Below are positions 11,121 through 25,429 of a stretch of 64,000 bases of DNA, piece after piece; within the stretch, counting starts at the first letter, position 1, and each line of letters opens with the position of its first letter. The DNA is taken from the NCBI GenBank assembly GCA_950097015.1, contig CATNEN010000039.1, forward strand, positions 17,174,001 to 17,238,000. Direction: 5' to 3'. The notes beneath the pieces were generated by a model, which searched no databases, was not told the origin of the DNA, and saw nothing but the letters and a program-made list of their open reading frames with translations. The position numbers and the translations under genes were made by a program. This DNA is from Macrostomum hystrix (Eukaryota > Animalia > Platyhelminthes).

Positions 11121-13372
11121 TTCTACTTTATTCTGTGAGTAGGTTCTACTTTTTTCTGTGAGTAGGTTCTACTCTATTCTGTGAGTAGGTTCTACTTTAT
11201 TCTGTGAGTAGGTTCTACTTTATTCTGTGAGTAGGTTCTACTTTATTCTGTGAGTAGGTTCTACTTTATTCAGTGAGTAGGTTCTACTTTATTCTGTGAG
11301 TAGGTTCTACTCTATTTTGTGAGTAGGTTCTACTTTATTCTGTGAGTAGGTTCTACTCTATTCTGTGAGTAGGTTCTACTCTATTCTGTGAGTAGGTTCT
11401 ACTCTATTCTGTGAGTAGGTTCTACTCTATTCTGTGAGTAGGTTCTACTCTATTCTGTGAGTAGGTTCTACTTTATTCAGTGAGTAGGTTCTACTTTATT
11501 CTGTGAGTAGGTTCTACTTTATTCTGTGAGTAGGTTCTACTTTATTCTGTGAGTAGGTTCTACTTTATTCTGTGAGTAGGTTCTACTCTATTCTGTGAGT
11601 AGGTTCTACTCTATTCTGTGAGTAGGTTCTACTCTATTCTGTGAGTAGGTTCTACTTTATTCTGTGAGTAGGTTCTACTCTATTCTGTGAGTAGGTTCTA
11701 CTTTATTCTGTGAGTAGGTTCTACTCTATTCTGTGAGTAGGTTCTACTCTATTCTGTGAGTAGGTTCTACTCTATTCTGTGAGTAGGTTCTACTTTATTC
11801 TGTGAGTAGGTTCTACTTTATTCTGTGAGTAGGTTCTACTTTATTCTGTGAGTAGGTTCTACTTTATTCTGTGAGTAGGTTCTACTCTATTCTGTGAGTA
11901 GGTTCTACTCTATTCTGTGAGTAGGTTCTACTTTATTCAGTGAGTAGGTTCTACTTCATTCTGTGAGTAGGTTCTACTTTATTCTGTGAGTAGGTTCTAC
12001 TTTATTCTGTGAGTAGGTTCTACTTTATTCTGTGAGTAGGTTCTACTCTATTCTGTGAGTAGGTTCTACTCTATTCTGTGAGTAGGTTCTACTCTATTCT
12101 GTGAGTAGGTTCTACTCTATTCTGTGAGTAGGTTCTACTTTATTCTGTGAGTAGGTTCTACTTTATTCTGTGAGTAGGTTCTACTTTATTCTGTGAGTAG
12201 GTTCTACTTTATTCTGTGAGTAGGTTCTACTCTATTCTGTGAGTAGGTTCTACTTTATTCTGTGAGTAGGTTCTACTTTATTCTGTGAGTAGGTTCTACT
12301 TTATTCTGTGAGTAGGTTCTACTTCATTCTGTGAGTAGGTTCTACTCTATTCTGTGAGTAGGTTCTACTTTATTCTGTGAGTAGGTTCTACTTTATTCTG
12401 TGAGTAGGTTCTACTTTATTCTGTGAGTAGGTTCTACTTTATTCTGTGAGTAGGTTCTACTTTATTCTGTGAGTAGGTTCTACTTTATTCTGTGAGTAGG
12501 TTCTACTTTATTCAGTGAGTAGGTTCTACTTCATTCTGTGAGTAGGTTCTACTTTATTCTGTGAGTAGGTTCTACTTTATTCTGTGAGTAGGTTCTACTT
12601 TATTCTGTGAGTAGGTTCTACTCTATTCTGTGAGTAGGTTCTACTTTATTCTGTGAGTAGGTTCTACTTCATTCTGTGAGTAGGTTCTACTTTATTCTGT
12701 GAGTAGGTTCTACTTTATTCTGTGAGTAGGTTCTACTTTATTCTGTGAGTAGGTTCTACTTCATTCTGTGAGTAGGTTCTACTCTATTCTGTGAGTAGGT
12801 TCTACTTTATTCTGTGAGTAGGTTCTACTTTATTCTGTGAGTAGGTTCTACTTTATTCTGTGAGTAGGTTCTACTTTATTCAGTGAGTAGGTTCTACTTT
12901 ATTCTGTGAGTAGGTTCTACTCTATTTTGTGAGTAGGTTCTACTTTATTCTGTGAGTAGGTTCTACTCTATTCTGTGAGTAGGTTCTACTCTATTCTGTG
13001 AGTAGGTTCTACTCTATTCTGTGAGTAGGTTCTACTCTATTCTGTGAGTAGGTTCTACTCTATTCTGTGAGTAGGTTCTACTTTATTCTGTGAGTAGGTT
13101 CTACTTTATTCTGTGAGTAGGTTCTACTTTATTCTGTGAGTAGGTTCTACTTTATTCTGTGAGTAGGTTCTACTTTATTCTGTGAGTAGGTTCTACTTTA
13201 TTCTGTGAGTAGGTTCTACTTCATTCTGTGAGTAGGTTCTACTTTATTCTGTGAGTAGGTTCTACTTTATTCTGTGAGTAGGTTCTACTTTATTCTGTGA
13301 GTAGGTTCTACTTTATTCTGTGAGTAGGTTCTACTCTATTCTGTGAGTAGGTTCTACTCTATTCTGTGAGTA
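11114..13372. repeat. 23-bp minisatellite type 2 (GAGTAGGTTCTACTTTATTCTGT)
   Basis: Direct inspection; abuts type 1. Confidence 0.95.
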
Positions 13373-14063
13373 GAGGCTTTATTCTAGCCTCGGTGATTGC
13401 TCATACTAGCACAGAAAAAATCGAATTGAGTTGTCGGAACTTGAGTTGCACATCTTAATTTGTGAGTTAATTTCTCTGTCAAGTCATATGAGCACTTGGT
13501 AGTCAGGCGGTAGTCTGACTAGTCTGACTATGGACACCAGAAATTCAATTTGACACTTGCGCAGACACTGGGTCGTTGCACTTTGTAAAAAATGTTTTTT
13601 TTCTTAGGTCCTAGCTTTGTAGAATTCATAAAAGCGACTGTCTTTTCTCTTTGACGCTTAAATAATTCAATTTCGTGCCAGTCTGTCAGCGAGTGTGGGT
13701 GTCTGCTGTGAGTCAATTTGGATGATGGACAAATTGTGCAACTAGCTCGTATATGTATCGTTGCTGACTGTTTGAGCACATTCTGAGTAGTGTTATCGAA
13801 ATCAATAAAAAAAGAACATTTTTTATAGAAACAGTTTCAGAGAACATGGAAAATTAAGCTAAAGGAGGGAGAAATCCTTAAAAAGGTCAAAGGAAAGAAG
13901 ATTCTCTGATTGAAAAGGATTCCCAGGAGACAAGGTTAGACAGAAAGTCATAGCGCGAGAGTTGTCCTAGTAAGCCATATTTTTTTTCTTAGAAAACTGT
14001 ACACGAGCTTCAATTTTCCACTCTATCCTGACGACGACGCTGCTTTAAAAGTTTGTTCATTGT

Positions 14064-14411
14064 CAAGAGGCGGCGGTGGCAGAGCGGTTATCGCGTTTGC
14101 CTCTCGCACCAGGTGCCTAAGTTCGATTCCCGGCGAGGCCACATTCATTTGGGGCGCAGCCGCGGAGAGAAGGCTTGGGGGCTTGTCGTGCAATTTACGC
14201 CATTGAGGGCCAACCTCCAAGGCACAGTGACAGTGTACACTGCCTGACGATGAGAAAGTCAGGGCAGATGTACACACCTGTGTGCGTGTGTGCTCAGGAG
14301 TCAGCGAAATTGGCAGAATTGCCTCCTCGCTGGCTGCGGGTCTAGTGTCACTAAATGATGTGCCATTGCCCGCAGTCCTCCTACAATTATTATTATATTA
14401 TTTTATTATTT
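14064..14411 (+). mobile_element. tRNA-derived SINE family A, full-length copy
   Basis: A box TGGCAGAGCGG, B box GTTCGATTC, (ATT)n tail, candidate TSD TTCATTGT (14056-14063 / 14412-14419). Homologous copies occur elsewhere in the window. Confidence 0.85.
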
Positions 14412-15106
14412 TTCATTGTGAGCCAAGGGTGGAAAATTTTTAGTCATAAGGTGGACTTTCATTCGGTCATTCGGTTTTGGGAGCTATAGTGAAATGGGTA
14501 TTGGAATTGCCACGTGTTATTTTTCCAGGGGGTGAAATAGCGTGTTTTTTCAATGCTGTTAAGCTAGTCGCAAATTCATCTCATTCTGTTCTGTTTCAAC
14601 AGCGCATGAATATTTGACTTTATCGCTACAGTGTGAACATGTCCGCGATTATTACCGAGCTGTCGCGTCCTTTCTAGTCTACTTGACACCACTCTATGCG
14701 ACTCAAATCAGTGTGCTCACACGATTTTGTCTAGCAGTAAGCCTTATCTTATCTACGAGTCTGTGATGCAGCAGCTTGATTCCTTGAGTAGGCTATGGTC
14801 TCTGAGCAGTCTCGACCAGCTAACTTGCTTCACTCCCGGTCGGGAGGGGGGATGGGAGGACGGGAGTGGAAAATGAATGAGAGCATATGAGAGAAAATCT
14901 AATACGTGCTCAGTGTAGCGATGCAAATTCGTGTTTTCTTGAGCAAAATTTTCTCTCTCTACAACCGCAGTCTCAATCAAGATGGACGAGTGTGTGAGCT
15001 GGACCCCAACTCAAAATTGCTGCTCACTCAAGCCTCACTGAAATCAGCTGCTCAGACTAAATAAGCACTTCTGGCAACACCTGGCTTGACTTTCAGCTGT
15101 ACATCT

Positions 15107-18100
15107 CTTACCCAACATCAGATCATTTTGAGACACCACTTACCCAACATCAGATCATTTTTGAGACACCACTTACTCAACATCAGATCATTTTTGAGAC
15201 ACCATTTACCCAACATCAGATCATTTTTGAGACACCACTTACCCAACATCAGATCATTTTTGAGACACCACTTACTCAACATCAGATCATTTTTGAGACA
15301 CCTCTTACCCAACATCAGATCATTTTTGAGACACCACTTACCCAACATCAGATCATTTTTTGGACACCACTTACCCAACATCAGATCATTTTTGAGACAC
15401 CACTTACCCAACATCAGATCATTTTTGAGACACCACTTACCCAACATCAGATCATTTTTGAGACACCACTTACCCAACATCAGATCATTTTTGAGACACC
15501 ACTTACCCAACATCAGATCATTTTTGAGACACCACTTACCCAACATCAGATCATTTTTGAGACACCACTTAACATCAGATCATTTTTGAGACACCTCTTA
15601 CCCAACATCAGATCATTTTTGAGACACCACTTACCCAACATCAGATCATTTTTGAGACACCTCTTACCCAACATCAGATCATTTTTGAGACACCTCTTAC
15701 CCAACATCAGATCATTTTTGAGACACCTCTTACCCAACATCAGATCATTTTTGAGACACCACTTACCCAACATCAGATCATTTTTGAGACACCACTTACC
15801 CAACATCAGATCATTTTTGAGACACCACTTACCCAACATCAGATCATTTTTGAGACACCACTTACCCAACATCAGATCATTTTTGAGACACCACTTACCC
15901 AACATCAGATCATTTTTTGGACACCACTTACCCAACATCAGATCATTTTTGAGACACCACTTACCCAACATCAGATCATTTTTGAGACACCACTTACCCA
16001 ACATCAGATCATTTTTGAGACACCACTTACCCAACATCAGATCATTTTTGAGACACCACTTACCCAACATCAGATCATTTTTGAGACACCACTTACCCAA
16101 CATCAGATCATTTTTGAGACACCTCTTACCCAACATCAGATCATTTTTGAGACACCTCTTACCCAACATCAGATCATTTTTGAGACACCTCTTACCCAAC
16201 ATCAGATCATTTTTGAGACACCTCTTACCCAACATCAGATCATTTTTGAGACACCACTTACCCAACATCAGATCATTTTTGAGACACCACTTACCCAACA
16301 TCAGATCATTTTTGAGACACCACTTACCCAACATCAGATCATTTTTGAGACACCACTTACCCAACATCAGATCATTTTTGGGACACCACTTACCCAACAT
16401 CAGATCATTTTTGGGACACCACTTACCCAACATCAGATCATTTTTGGGACACCACTTACCCAACATCAGATCATTTTTTGGACACCACTTACCCAACATC
16501 AGATCATTTTTGAGACACCACTTACCCAACATCAGATCATTTTTGGGACACCACTTACCCAACATCAGATCATTTTTGAGACACCACTTACCCAACATCA
16601 GATCATTTTTGAGACACCACTTAACATCAGATCATTTTTGAGACACCTCTTACCCAACATCAGATCATTTTTGAGACACCACTTACCCAACATCAGATCA
16701 TTTTTGAGACACCTCTTACCCAACATCAGATCATTTTTGAGACACCTCTTACCCAACATCAGATCATTTTTGAGACACCACTTAACATCAGATCATTTTT
16801 GAGACACCTCTTACCCAACATCAGATCATTTTTGAGACACCACTTACCCAACATCAGATCATTTTTGAGACACCTCTTACCCAACATCAGATCATTTTTG
16901 AGACACCACTTACCCAACATCAGATCATTTTTGGGACACCACTTACCCAACATCAGATCATTTTTGGGACACCACTTACCCAACATCAGATCATTTTTTG
17001 GACACCACTTACCCAACATCAGATCATTTTTGAGACACCACTTACCCAACATCAGATCATTTTTGGGACACCACTTACCCAACATCAGATCATTTTTGGG
17101 ACACCACTTACCCAACATCAGATCATTTTTGGGACACCACTTACCCAACATCAGATCATTTTTGGGACACCTCTTACCCAACATCAGATCATTTTTGAGA
17201 CACCTCTTACCCAACATCAGATCATTTTTGGGACACCACTTACCCAACATCAGATCATTTTTGGGACACCTCTTACCCAACATCAGATCATTTTTGAGAC
17301 ACCACTTACCCAACATCAGATCATTTTTGAGACACCACTTACCCAACATCAGATCATTTTTGAGACACCACTTACCCAACATCAGATCATTTTTGAGACA
17401 CCACTTACCCAACATCAGATCATTTTTGAGACACCACTTACCCAACATCAGATCATTTTTGAGACACCACTTACCCAACATCAGATCATTTTTGAGACAC
17501 CACTTAACATCAGATCATTTTTGAGACACCTCTTACCCAACATCAGATCATTTTTGAGACACCACTTACCCAACATCAGATCATTTTTGAGACACCACTT
17601 ACCCAACATCAGATCATTTTTGGGACACCTCTTACCCAACATCAGATCATTTTTGAGACACCTCTTACCCAACATCAGATCATTTTTGAGACACCACTTA
17701 CCCAACATCAGATCATTTTTGAGACACCTCTTACCCAACATCAGATCATTTTTGAGACACCTCTTACCCAACATCAGATCATTTTTGAGACACCTCTTAC
17801 CCAACATCAGATCATTTTTGAGACACCACTTACCCAACATCAGATCATTTTTGAGACACCACTTACCCAACATCAGATCATTTTTGAGACACCTCTTACC
17901 CAACATCAGATCATTTTTGAGACACCACTTACCCAACATCAGATCATTTTTGAGACACCACTTACCCAACATCAGATCATTTTTGAGACACCACTTACCC
18001 AACATCAGATCATTTTTGAGACACCACTTACCCAACATCAGATCATTTTTGAGACACCACTTACCCAACATCAGATCATTTTTTGGACACCACTTACCCA

Positions 18101-19720
18101 ACATCAGATCATTTTTGAGACACCACTTACCCAACATCAGATCATTTTTGGGACACCACTTACCCAACATCAGATCATTTTTGGGACACCTCTTACCCAA
18201 CATCAGATCATTTTTGAGACACCTCTTACCCAACATCAGATCATTTTTGGGACACCACTTACCCAACATCAGATCATTTTTGGGACACCTCTTACCCAAC
18301 ATCAGATCATTTTTGAGACACCTCTTACCCAACATCAGATCATTTTTGGGACACCACTTACCCAACATCAGATCATTTTTGGGACACCACTTACCCAACA
18401 TCAGATCATTTTTGGGACACCACTTAACATCAGATCATTTTTGGGACACCACTTACCCAACATCAGATCATTTTTGGGACACCACTTACCCAACATCAGA
18501 TCATTTTTGGGACACCACTTAACATCAGATCATTTTTGGGACACCACTTACCCAACATCAGATCATTTTTGGGACACCACTTACCCAACATCAGATCATT
18601 TTTGGGACACCACTTACCCAACATCAGATCATTTTTGGGACACCTCTTACCCAACATCAGATCATTTTTGGGACACCACTTACCCAACATCAGATCATTT
18701 TTGGGACACCTCTTACCCAACATCAGATCATTTTTGAGACACCTCTTACCCAACATCAGATCATTTTTGGGACACCACTTACCCAACATCAGATCATTTT
18801 TGGGACACCACTTACCCAACATCAGATCATTTTTGGGACACCACTTAACATCAGATCATTTTTGGGACACCACTTACCCAACATCAGATCATTTTTGGGA
18901 CACCACTTACCCAACATCAGATCATTTTTGGGACACCACTTAACATCAGATCATTTTTGGGACACCACTTACCCAACATCAGATCATTTTTGGGACACCA
19001 CTTACCCAACATCAGATCATTTTTGGGACACCACTTACCCAACATCAGATCATTTTTGGGACACCACTTACCCAACATCAGATCATCTTTGGGACACCAC
19101 TTACCCAACATCAGATCATTTTTGAGACACCACTTACCCAACATCAGATCATTTTTGGGACATCACTTACCCAACATCAGATCATTTTTGGGACACCACT
19201 TACCCAACATCAGATCATTTTTGGGACACCACTTAACATCAGATCATTTTTGGGACACCACTTACCCAACATCAGATCATTTTTGGGACACCACTTACCC
19301 AACATCAGATCATTTTTGGGACACCACTTAACATCAGATCATTTTTGGGACACCACTTACCCAACATCAGATCATTTTTGGGACACCACTTACCCAACAT
19401 CAGATCATTTTTGGGACACCACTTACCCAACATCAGATCATTTTTGGGACACCACTTACCCAACATCAGATCATCTTTGGGACACCACTTACCCAACATC
19501 AGATCATTTTTGAGACACCACTTACCCAACATCAGATCATTTTTGGGACATCACTTACCCAACATCAGATCATCTTTGAGACACCACTTACCCAACATCA
19601 GATCATCTTTGAGACACCACTTACCCAACATCAGATCATTTTGAGACACCTCTTACCCAACATCAGATCATTTTTGGGACACCACTTACCCAACATCAGA
19701 TCATCTTTGAGACACTACTT
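15107..19720. repeat. 33-bp satellite (TTACCCAACATCAGATCATTTTTGAGACACCAC), ~4.6 kb
   Basis: Direct inspection. Confidence 0.97.
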
Positions 19721-19732
19721 CCTCTAATACGA

Positions 19733-20030
19733 GCTGGAGGGCTGTGGGCAGTGGCACATCATTTGGTGACACTAGACCCGCAGCCAGCGAGGAGGCAATT
19801 CTGCTCATTTCGCTGACTCCTGACAGCGAGGTGTGTACACTCCTGAGGTGTGTACATCTGCCCTGACTTTCTCATGCCTTGAAGGTTGGCCCTCAAGGAT
19901 GCAGATTGCACGACAAGCCACCAAGCCTTCTCTCCGCGGCTACGGCCTAAATAAATGTGGCCTCGCCGCGGAATCGAGCTCAGGGACCTTGGTGCGAGAG
20001 GCAGACGCGTTAACCGCTCTGCCACTCACC
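19733..20030 (-). mobile_element. SINE family A copy
   Basis: Reverse complement of the 14064 element (shared ggagagaaggcttgg..cttgtcgtgcaat, gagaaagtcagggcagatgtacac, gggtctagtgtcac). Confidence 0.85.
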
Positions 20031-20659
20031 CATTAAAGTTAGTCCACAATAATTTTATTATGAAAATCGTTACCTACTCCAATCGGGCTCAGAAAGTTCC
20101 GGTGACTTAAGAAAGATTTTCAGCTATAACTTTGCAGACTTCCGAAAAAAAACTGAAAAATGTCTTTTTATTATCAATATTGAGTCTCAAGGCAGTACGA
20201 GTGCATGAATATTGATTTAGCTGCTCTAGTTGCAAAGCCTAGACATCAGAGTCATTGTTTAGATATTGGCACTATTTGATCTCCCTAGGGGAAAAATGTT
20301 GTATGAGGCTGACAGTTTTTTTGACGACGTACGGTTTTTTCTAGACGCAATAAATATTTCGTACAAAAATAACTCTGAGTGGGAAATGTTTTTGCGAGAC
20401 CACTGCCTAGCCTATAAGACTAATTATGTAATGACCGGAATAGGCAAGCAGATAATTCGCTCAGCATTTCCGTAATTAACAGCATGGTGAAGCATTAATA
20501 CAAGCTGGAAAGGAATCGACTGCGATTATTCCTAATCTAATTGTAGCCTTCCTAACGCTATCACAGAAAAAAAATTTTTTGCTTTTAGTTGGCTGAGATT
20601 TCTTCGGAAGTTTGAGCACTAAAGTAAGGTCAGTAACTTACCTGGCAACAAATATAGTC

Positions 20660-21870
20660 CTTATCTGGTCCTACAGACACAAATATGATCACTATCGGGT
20701 CCTAAAATCACGATTTTGGTCCTCGACTGGTCCTACAGACACAAATATGGTCCTCATCTGGTCCTACAGACACAAATGTGGTCCTCGACTGGTCCTACAG
20801 ACACAAATGTGGTCCTCATCTGACCCACAGACACAAATGTGGTCCTCATCTGCCCCACAGACACAAATGTGGTCCTCATCTGCCCCACAGACACAAATGT
20901 GGTCCTTATCTGGTCCTACAGACACAAATATGGTCCTCGACTGGTCCTACAGACACAAATGTGGTCCTCATCTGCCCCACAGACACAAATGTGGTCCTCA
21001 TCTGCCCCACAGACACAAATGTTGTCCTTATCTGGTCCTACAGACACAAATATGGTCCTTATCTGGTCCTACAGACACAAATATGGTCCTCATCTGGTCC
21101 TACAGACACAAATGTGGTCCTCGACTGGTCCTACAGACACAAATGTGGTCCTCATCTGCCCCACAGACACAATTGTGGTCCTCATCTGCCCCACAGACAC
21201 AAATTTGGTCCTCATCTCCCCCACAGACACAAATGTGGTCCTTATCTGGTCCTACAGACACAAATATGGTCCTCATCTGACCCACAGACACAAATGTGGT
21301 CCTCATCTGCCCCACAGACACAAATGTGGTCCTTATCTGGTCCTACAGACACAAATATGGTCCTCGACTGGTCCTACAGACACAAATGTGGTCCTCATCT
21401 GCCCCACAGACACAAATGTGGTCCTCATCTGCCCCACAGACACAAATATGGTCCTCATCTGCCCCACAGACACAAATGTGGTCCTTATCTGGTCCTACAG
21501 ACACAAATATGGTCCTCATCTGGTCCTACAGACACAAATGTGGTCCTCATCTGACCCACAGACACAAATGTGGTCCTCATCTGCCCCACAGACACAAATG
21601 TGGTCCTTATCTGGTCCTACAGACACAAATGTGGTCCTCATCTGCCCCACAGACACAAATGTGGTCCTCATCTGCCCCACAGACACAAATGTGGTCCTCA
21701 TCTCCCCCACAGTCACAAATGTGGTCCTCATCTGGTCCTACAGACACAAATGTGATGAGTAACGGGTCCTAAAATCACGATTTTGGTCCTCGACTGGTCC
21801 TACAGACACAAATATGATCGGTAACGGGTCCTAAAACACGATTTTTGTCCTCAACTGGTCCTAAAAACAC
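20660..21870. repeat. 30/31-bp minisatellite (CAGACACAAATGTGGTCCTCATCTGCCCCA)
   Basis: Direct inspection. Confidence 0.95.
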
Positions 21871-22411
21871 AATCCTAGTCCTAAAATGGCCGAAAAATCC
21901 AAGCTATTGTCCTAATATAGCCCTTAAATCCCATGTTCTTAACTTCAAGAGATCATTAAGTCCTAGAACCCAGCACTTGGACACTGATCTCGGATTCTGT
22001 CACGAGAATCGTGTGGCCTCAGATTTTTAAGTAAGGTTGCAGATAGCTTAAAGCTTTAGAAATTTTATCCCCACAAAGAAATCTTAGCCCCTACGTCACG
22101 AGAACGTTCGCGTGCTTTCCAAGCCTAACAACTGTCCCGATCATTCGGATGGAATAGTAGTATTTTGCGTTCTAGTTATCTAACAAACTGACTGTGTTTA
22201 GGTAAGAATGGCTTGCTAAAGATCTGCTTTTAAGCTCCTGTCTATAAAACTTCTTTTCACATGCTGAAATTCAAAAGAATTACTGGAAAAAATATGTACT
22301 CAATTATATTTCCCTTAGTAATTGGGTTAAGTTCAGTCCTGCCAATTGCAACAAGATTTTGGGATTAAACAGTTAAATTTTAAGACAAAAGCTCTTTACA
22401 AATGTGTTAAC

Positions 22412-25065
22412 TTATCCTACTGTCTAACAGGTTATCCTACTGTATAACAGGTTATCCTACTGTCTAACAGGTTATCCTACTGTATAACAGGTTATCCTAC
22501 TGTATAACAGGTTATCCTACTGTCTAACAGGTTATCCTACTGTATAACAGGTTATCCTACTGTCTAACAGGTTATCCTACTGTCTAACAGGTTATCCTAC
22601 TGTCTAACAGGCTATCCTACTGTATAACAGGTTATCCTACTGTCTAACAGGTTATCCTACTGTCTAACAGGTTATCCTACTGTATAACAGGTTATCCTAC
22701 TGTCTAACAGGTTATCCTACTGTCTAACAGGTTATCCTACTGTCTAACAGGTTATCCTACTGTATAACAGGTTATCCTACTGTATAACAGGTTATCCTAC
22801 TGTCTAACAGGTTATCCTACTGTCTAACAGGTTATCCTACTGTCTAACAGGCTATCCTACTGTATAACAGGTTATCCTACTGTCTAACAGGTTATCCTAC
22901 TGTCTAACAGGTTATCCTACTGTATAACAGGTTATCCTACTGTCTAACAGGTTATCCTACTGTCTAACAGGTTATCCTACTGTCTAACAGGCTATCCTAC
23001 CGTCTAACAGGTTATCCTACTGTCTAACAGGTTATCCTACTATCTAACAGGCTATCCTACTGTCTAACAGGTTATCCTACCGTCTAACAGGATATCCTAC
23101 TGTCTAACAGGTTATCCTACTGTCTAACAGGTTATCCTACTGTCTAACAGGTTATCCTACTGTCTAACAGGTTATCCTACCGTCTAACAGGTTATCCTAC
23201 TGTATAACAGGTTATCCTACTATCTAACAGGTTATCCTACTATCTAACAGGTTATCCTACTGTCTAACAGGTTATCCTACTATCTAACAGGTTATCCTAC
23301 TGTCTAACAGGTTATCCTACTGTCTAACAGGTTATCCTACTGTCTAACAGGTTATCCTACTGTCTAACAGGTTATCCTACTGTCTAACAGGTTATTCTAC
23401 TGTCTAACAGGTTATCCTACTGTCTAACAGGTTATCCTACTGTCTAACAGGTTATCCTACTGTCTAACAGGTTATCCTACTGTCTAACAGGTTATCCTAC
23501 TGTCTAACAGGTTATCCTACTGTCTAACAGGTTATCCTACTGTCTAACAGGTTATCCTACTGTCTAACAGGTTATCCTACTGTCTAACAGGTTATCCTAC
23601 TGTCTAACAGGTTATCCTACTGTCTAACAGGTTATCCTACTGTCTAACAGGTTATCCTACTGTCTAACAGGTTATCCTACTGTCTAACAGGTTATCCTAC
23701 CGTCTAGCAGGCTATCCTACTGTCTAACAGGTTATCCTACTGTCTAACAGGTTATCCTACCGTCTAACAGGTTATCCTACTGTATAACAGGTTATCATAC
23801 TGTCTAACAGGTTATCCTACCGTCTAACAGGTTATCCTACTGTATAACAGGTTATCCTACTATCTAACAGGTTATCCTACTGTCTAACAGGTTATCCTAC
23901 TGTATAACAGGTTATCCTACTGTCTAACAGGTTATCCTACTGTCTAACAGGTTATCCTACTGTCTAACAGGTTATTCTACCGTCTAACAGGTTATCCTAC
24001 TGTATAACAGGTTTTCCTACCGTCTAACAGGTTATCCTACTGTCTAACAGGCTATCCTACTGTCTAACAGGTTATCCTACCGTCTAACAGGTTATCCTAC
24101 TGTCTAACAGGTTATCCTACTGTATAACAGGCTATCCTACTGTCTAACAGGTTATCCTACCGTCTAGCAGGCTATCCTACTGTCTAACAGGTTATCCTAC
24201 TGTCTAACAGGTTATCCTACCGTCTAACAGGTTATCCTACTGTATAACAGGTTATCCTACTGTCTAACAGGTTATCCTACCGTCTAACAGGTTATCCTAC
24301 TGTATAACAGGTTATCCTACTATCTAACAGGTTATCCTACTGTCTAACAGGTTATCCTACTGTATAACAGGTTATCCTACTGTCTAACAGGTTATCCTAC
24401 TGTCTAACAGGTTATCCTACTGTCTAACAGGTTATTCTACCGTCTAACAGGTTATCCTACTGTATAACAGGTTTTCCTACCGTCTAACAGGTTATCCTAC
24501 TGTCTAACAGGCTATCCTACTGTCTAACAGGTTATCCTACCGTCTAACAGGTTATCCTACTGTCTAACAGGTTATCCTACTGTATAACAGGCTATCCTAC
24601 TGTCTAACAGGTTATCCTACCGTCTAACAGGTTATCCTACTGTCTAACAGGTTATCCTACCGTCTAACAGGTTATCCTACTGTCTAACAGGTTATCCTAC
24701 TGTCTAACAGGTTATCCTACTGTCTAACTGGTTATCCTACTGTCTAACAGGTTATCCTACTGTCTAACAGGTTATCCTACTGTCTAACAGGTTATCCTAC
24801 TGTCTAACAGGTTATCCTACTGTCTAACAGGTTATCCTACTGTCTAACAGGTTATCCTACTGTCTAACAGGTTATCCTACTGTCTAACAGGTTATCCTAC
24901 TGTCTAACAGGTTATGCTACTGTCTAACAGGTTATCCTACTGTCTAACAGGTTATTCTACTGTCTAACAGGTTATCCTACTGTCTAACAGGTTATTCTAC
25001 TGTCTAACAGGTTATTCTACTGTCTAACAGGCTATCCTACTGTCTAACAGGCTATCCTACTGTCT
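22412..25065. repeat. 20-bp satellite (TGTCTAACAGGTTATCCTAC), ~2.65 kb
   Basis: Direct inspection. Confidence 0.97.
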
Positions 25066-25429
25066 TTCCAAAAGGGAAGTTGGAAAGATTGACTTTTCCA
25101 TTCTACCAGTGATCTGCAAGCCGAAAGTGGCTGCAATTTCGTAGAAATCGACTCTTCAATCAATGCTTGGGGAGTTTAGACAACTGGTGAACGCCTGAAT
25201 AATGTATTCCTCTGGGGACTCGACAGCTCCATATTTTTGGTTGATTTTTTCAGCTCATGCGTTTAGTGGGTAGAGTTACTGCAGATTTGTACTTCTGACT
25301 ATGGAATTAATGTCTGTAGGTGATGGCTGAGGAATCAAACACAGGAAAATGCTATTTGGGATAAAAATTTTTACACATTAGATTCAGCGCAATTTAAGGG
25401 AATTTCAGCGAACATTTGGTGTCATTTTT

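Noticed and set aside
14244-14266. Hammerhead ribozyme core (CTGACGA...GAAA...GTC) in SINE A
   Set aside because: No stem II or stem III can form and the CTGAC is paired with GTCAG in a simple hairpin, so the topology does not fit.
15086-19644. Long ORFs (up to 351 aa) on both strands, and similar ORFs at 30-713, 1000-1812, 5471-6040, 20612-21772, 26189-27400, 27892-28452, 38512-39496, 41604-42128 and 56634-57825
   Set aside because: Translations of tandem repeats whose units lack stops in some frames; open on both strands, no splice context, no protein-like complexity.
20266-20475. 69-aa ORF with protein-like composition
   Set aside because: No recognisable motif, splice partners or supporting neighbours; could be a decayed transposon fragment but cannot be supported.
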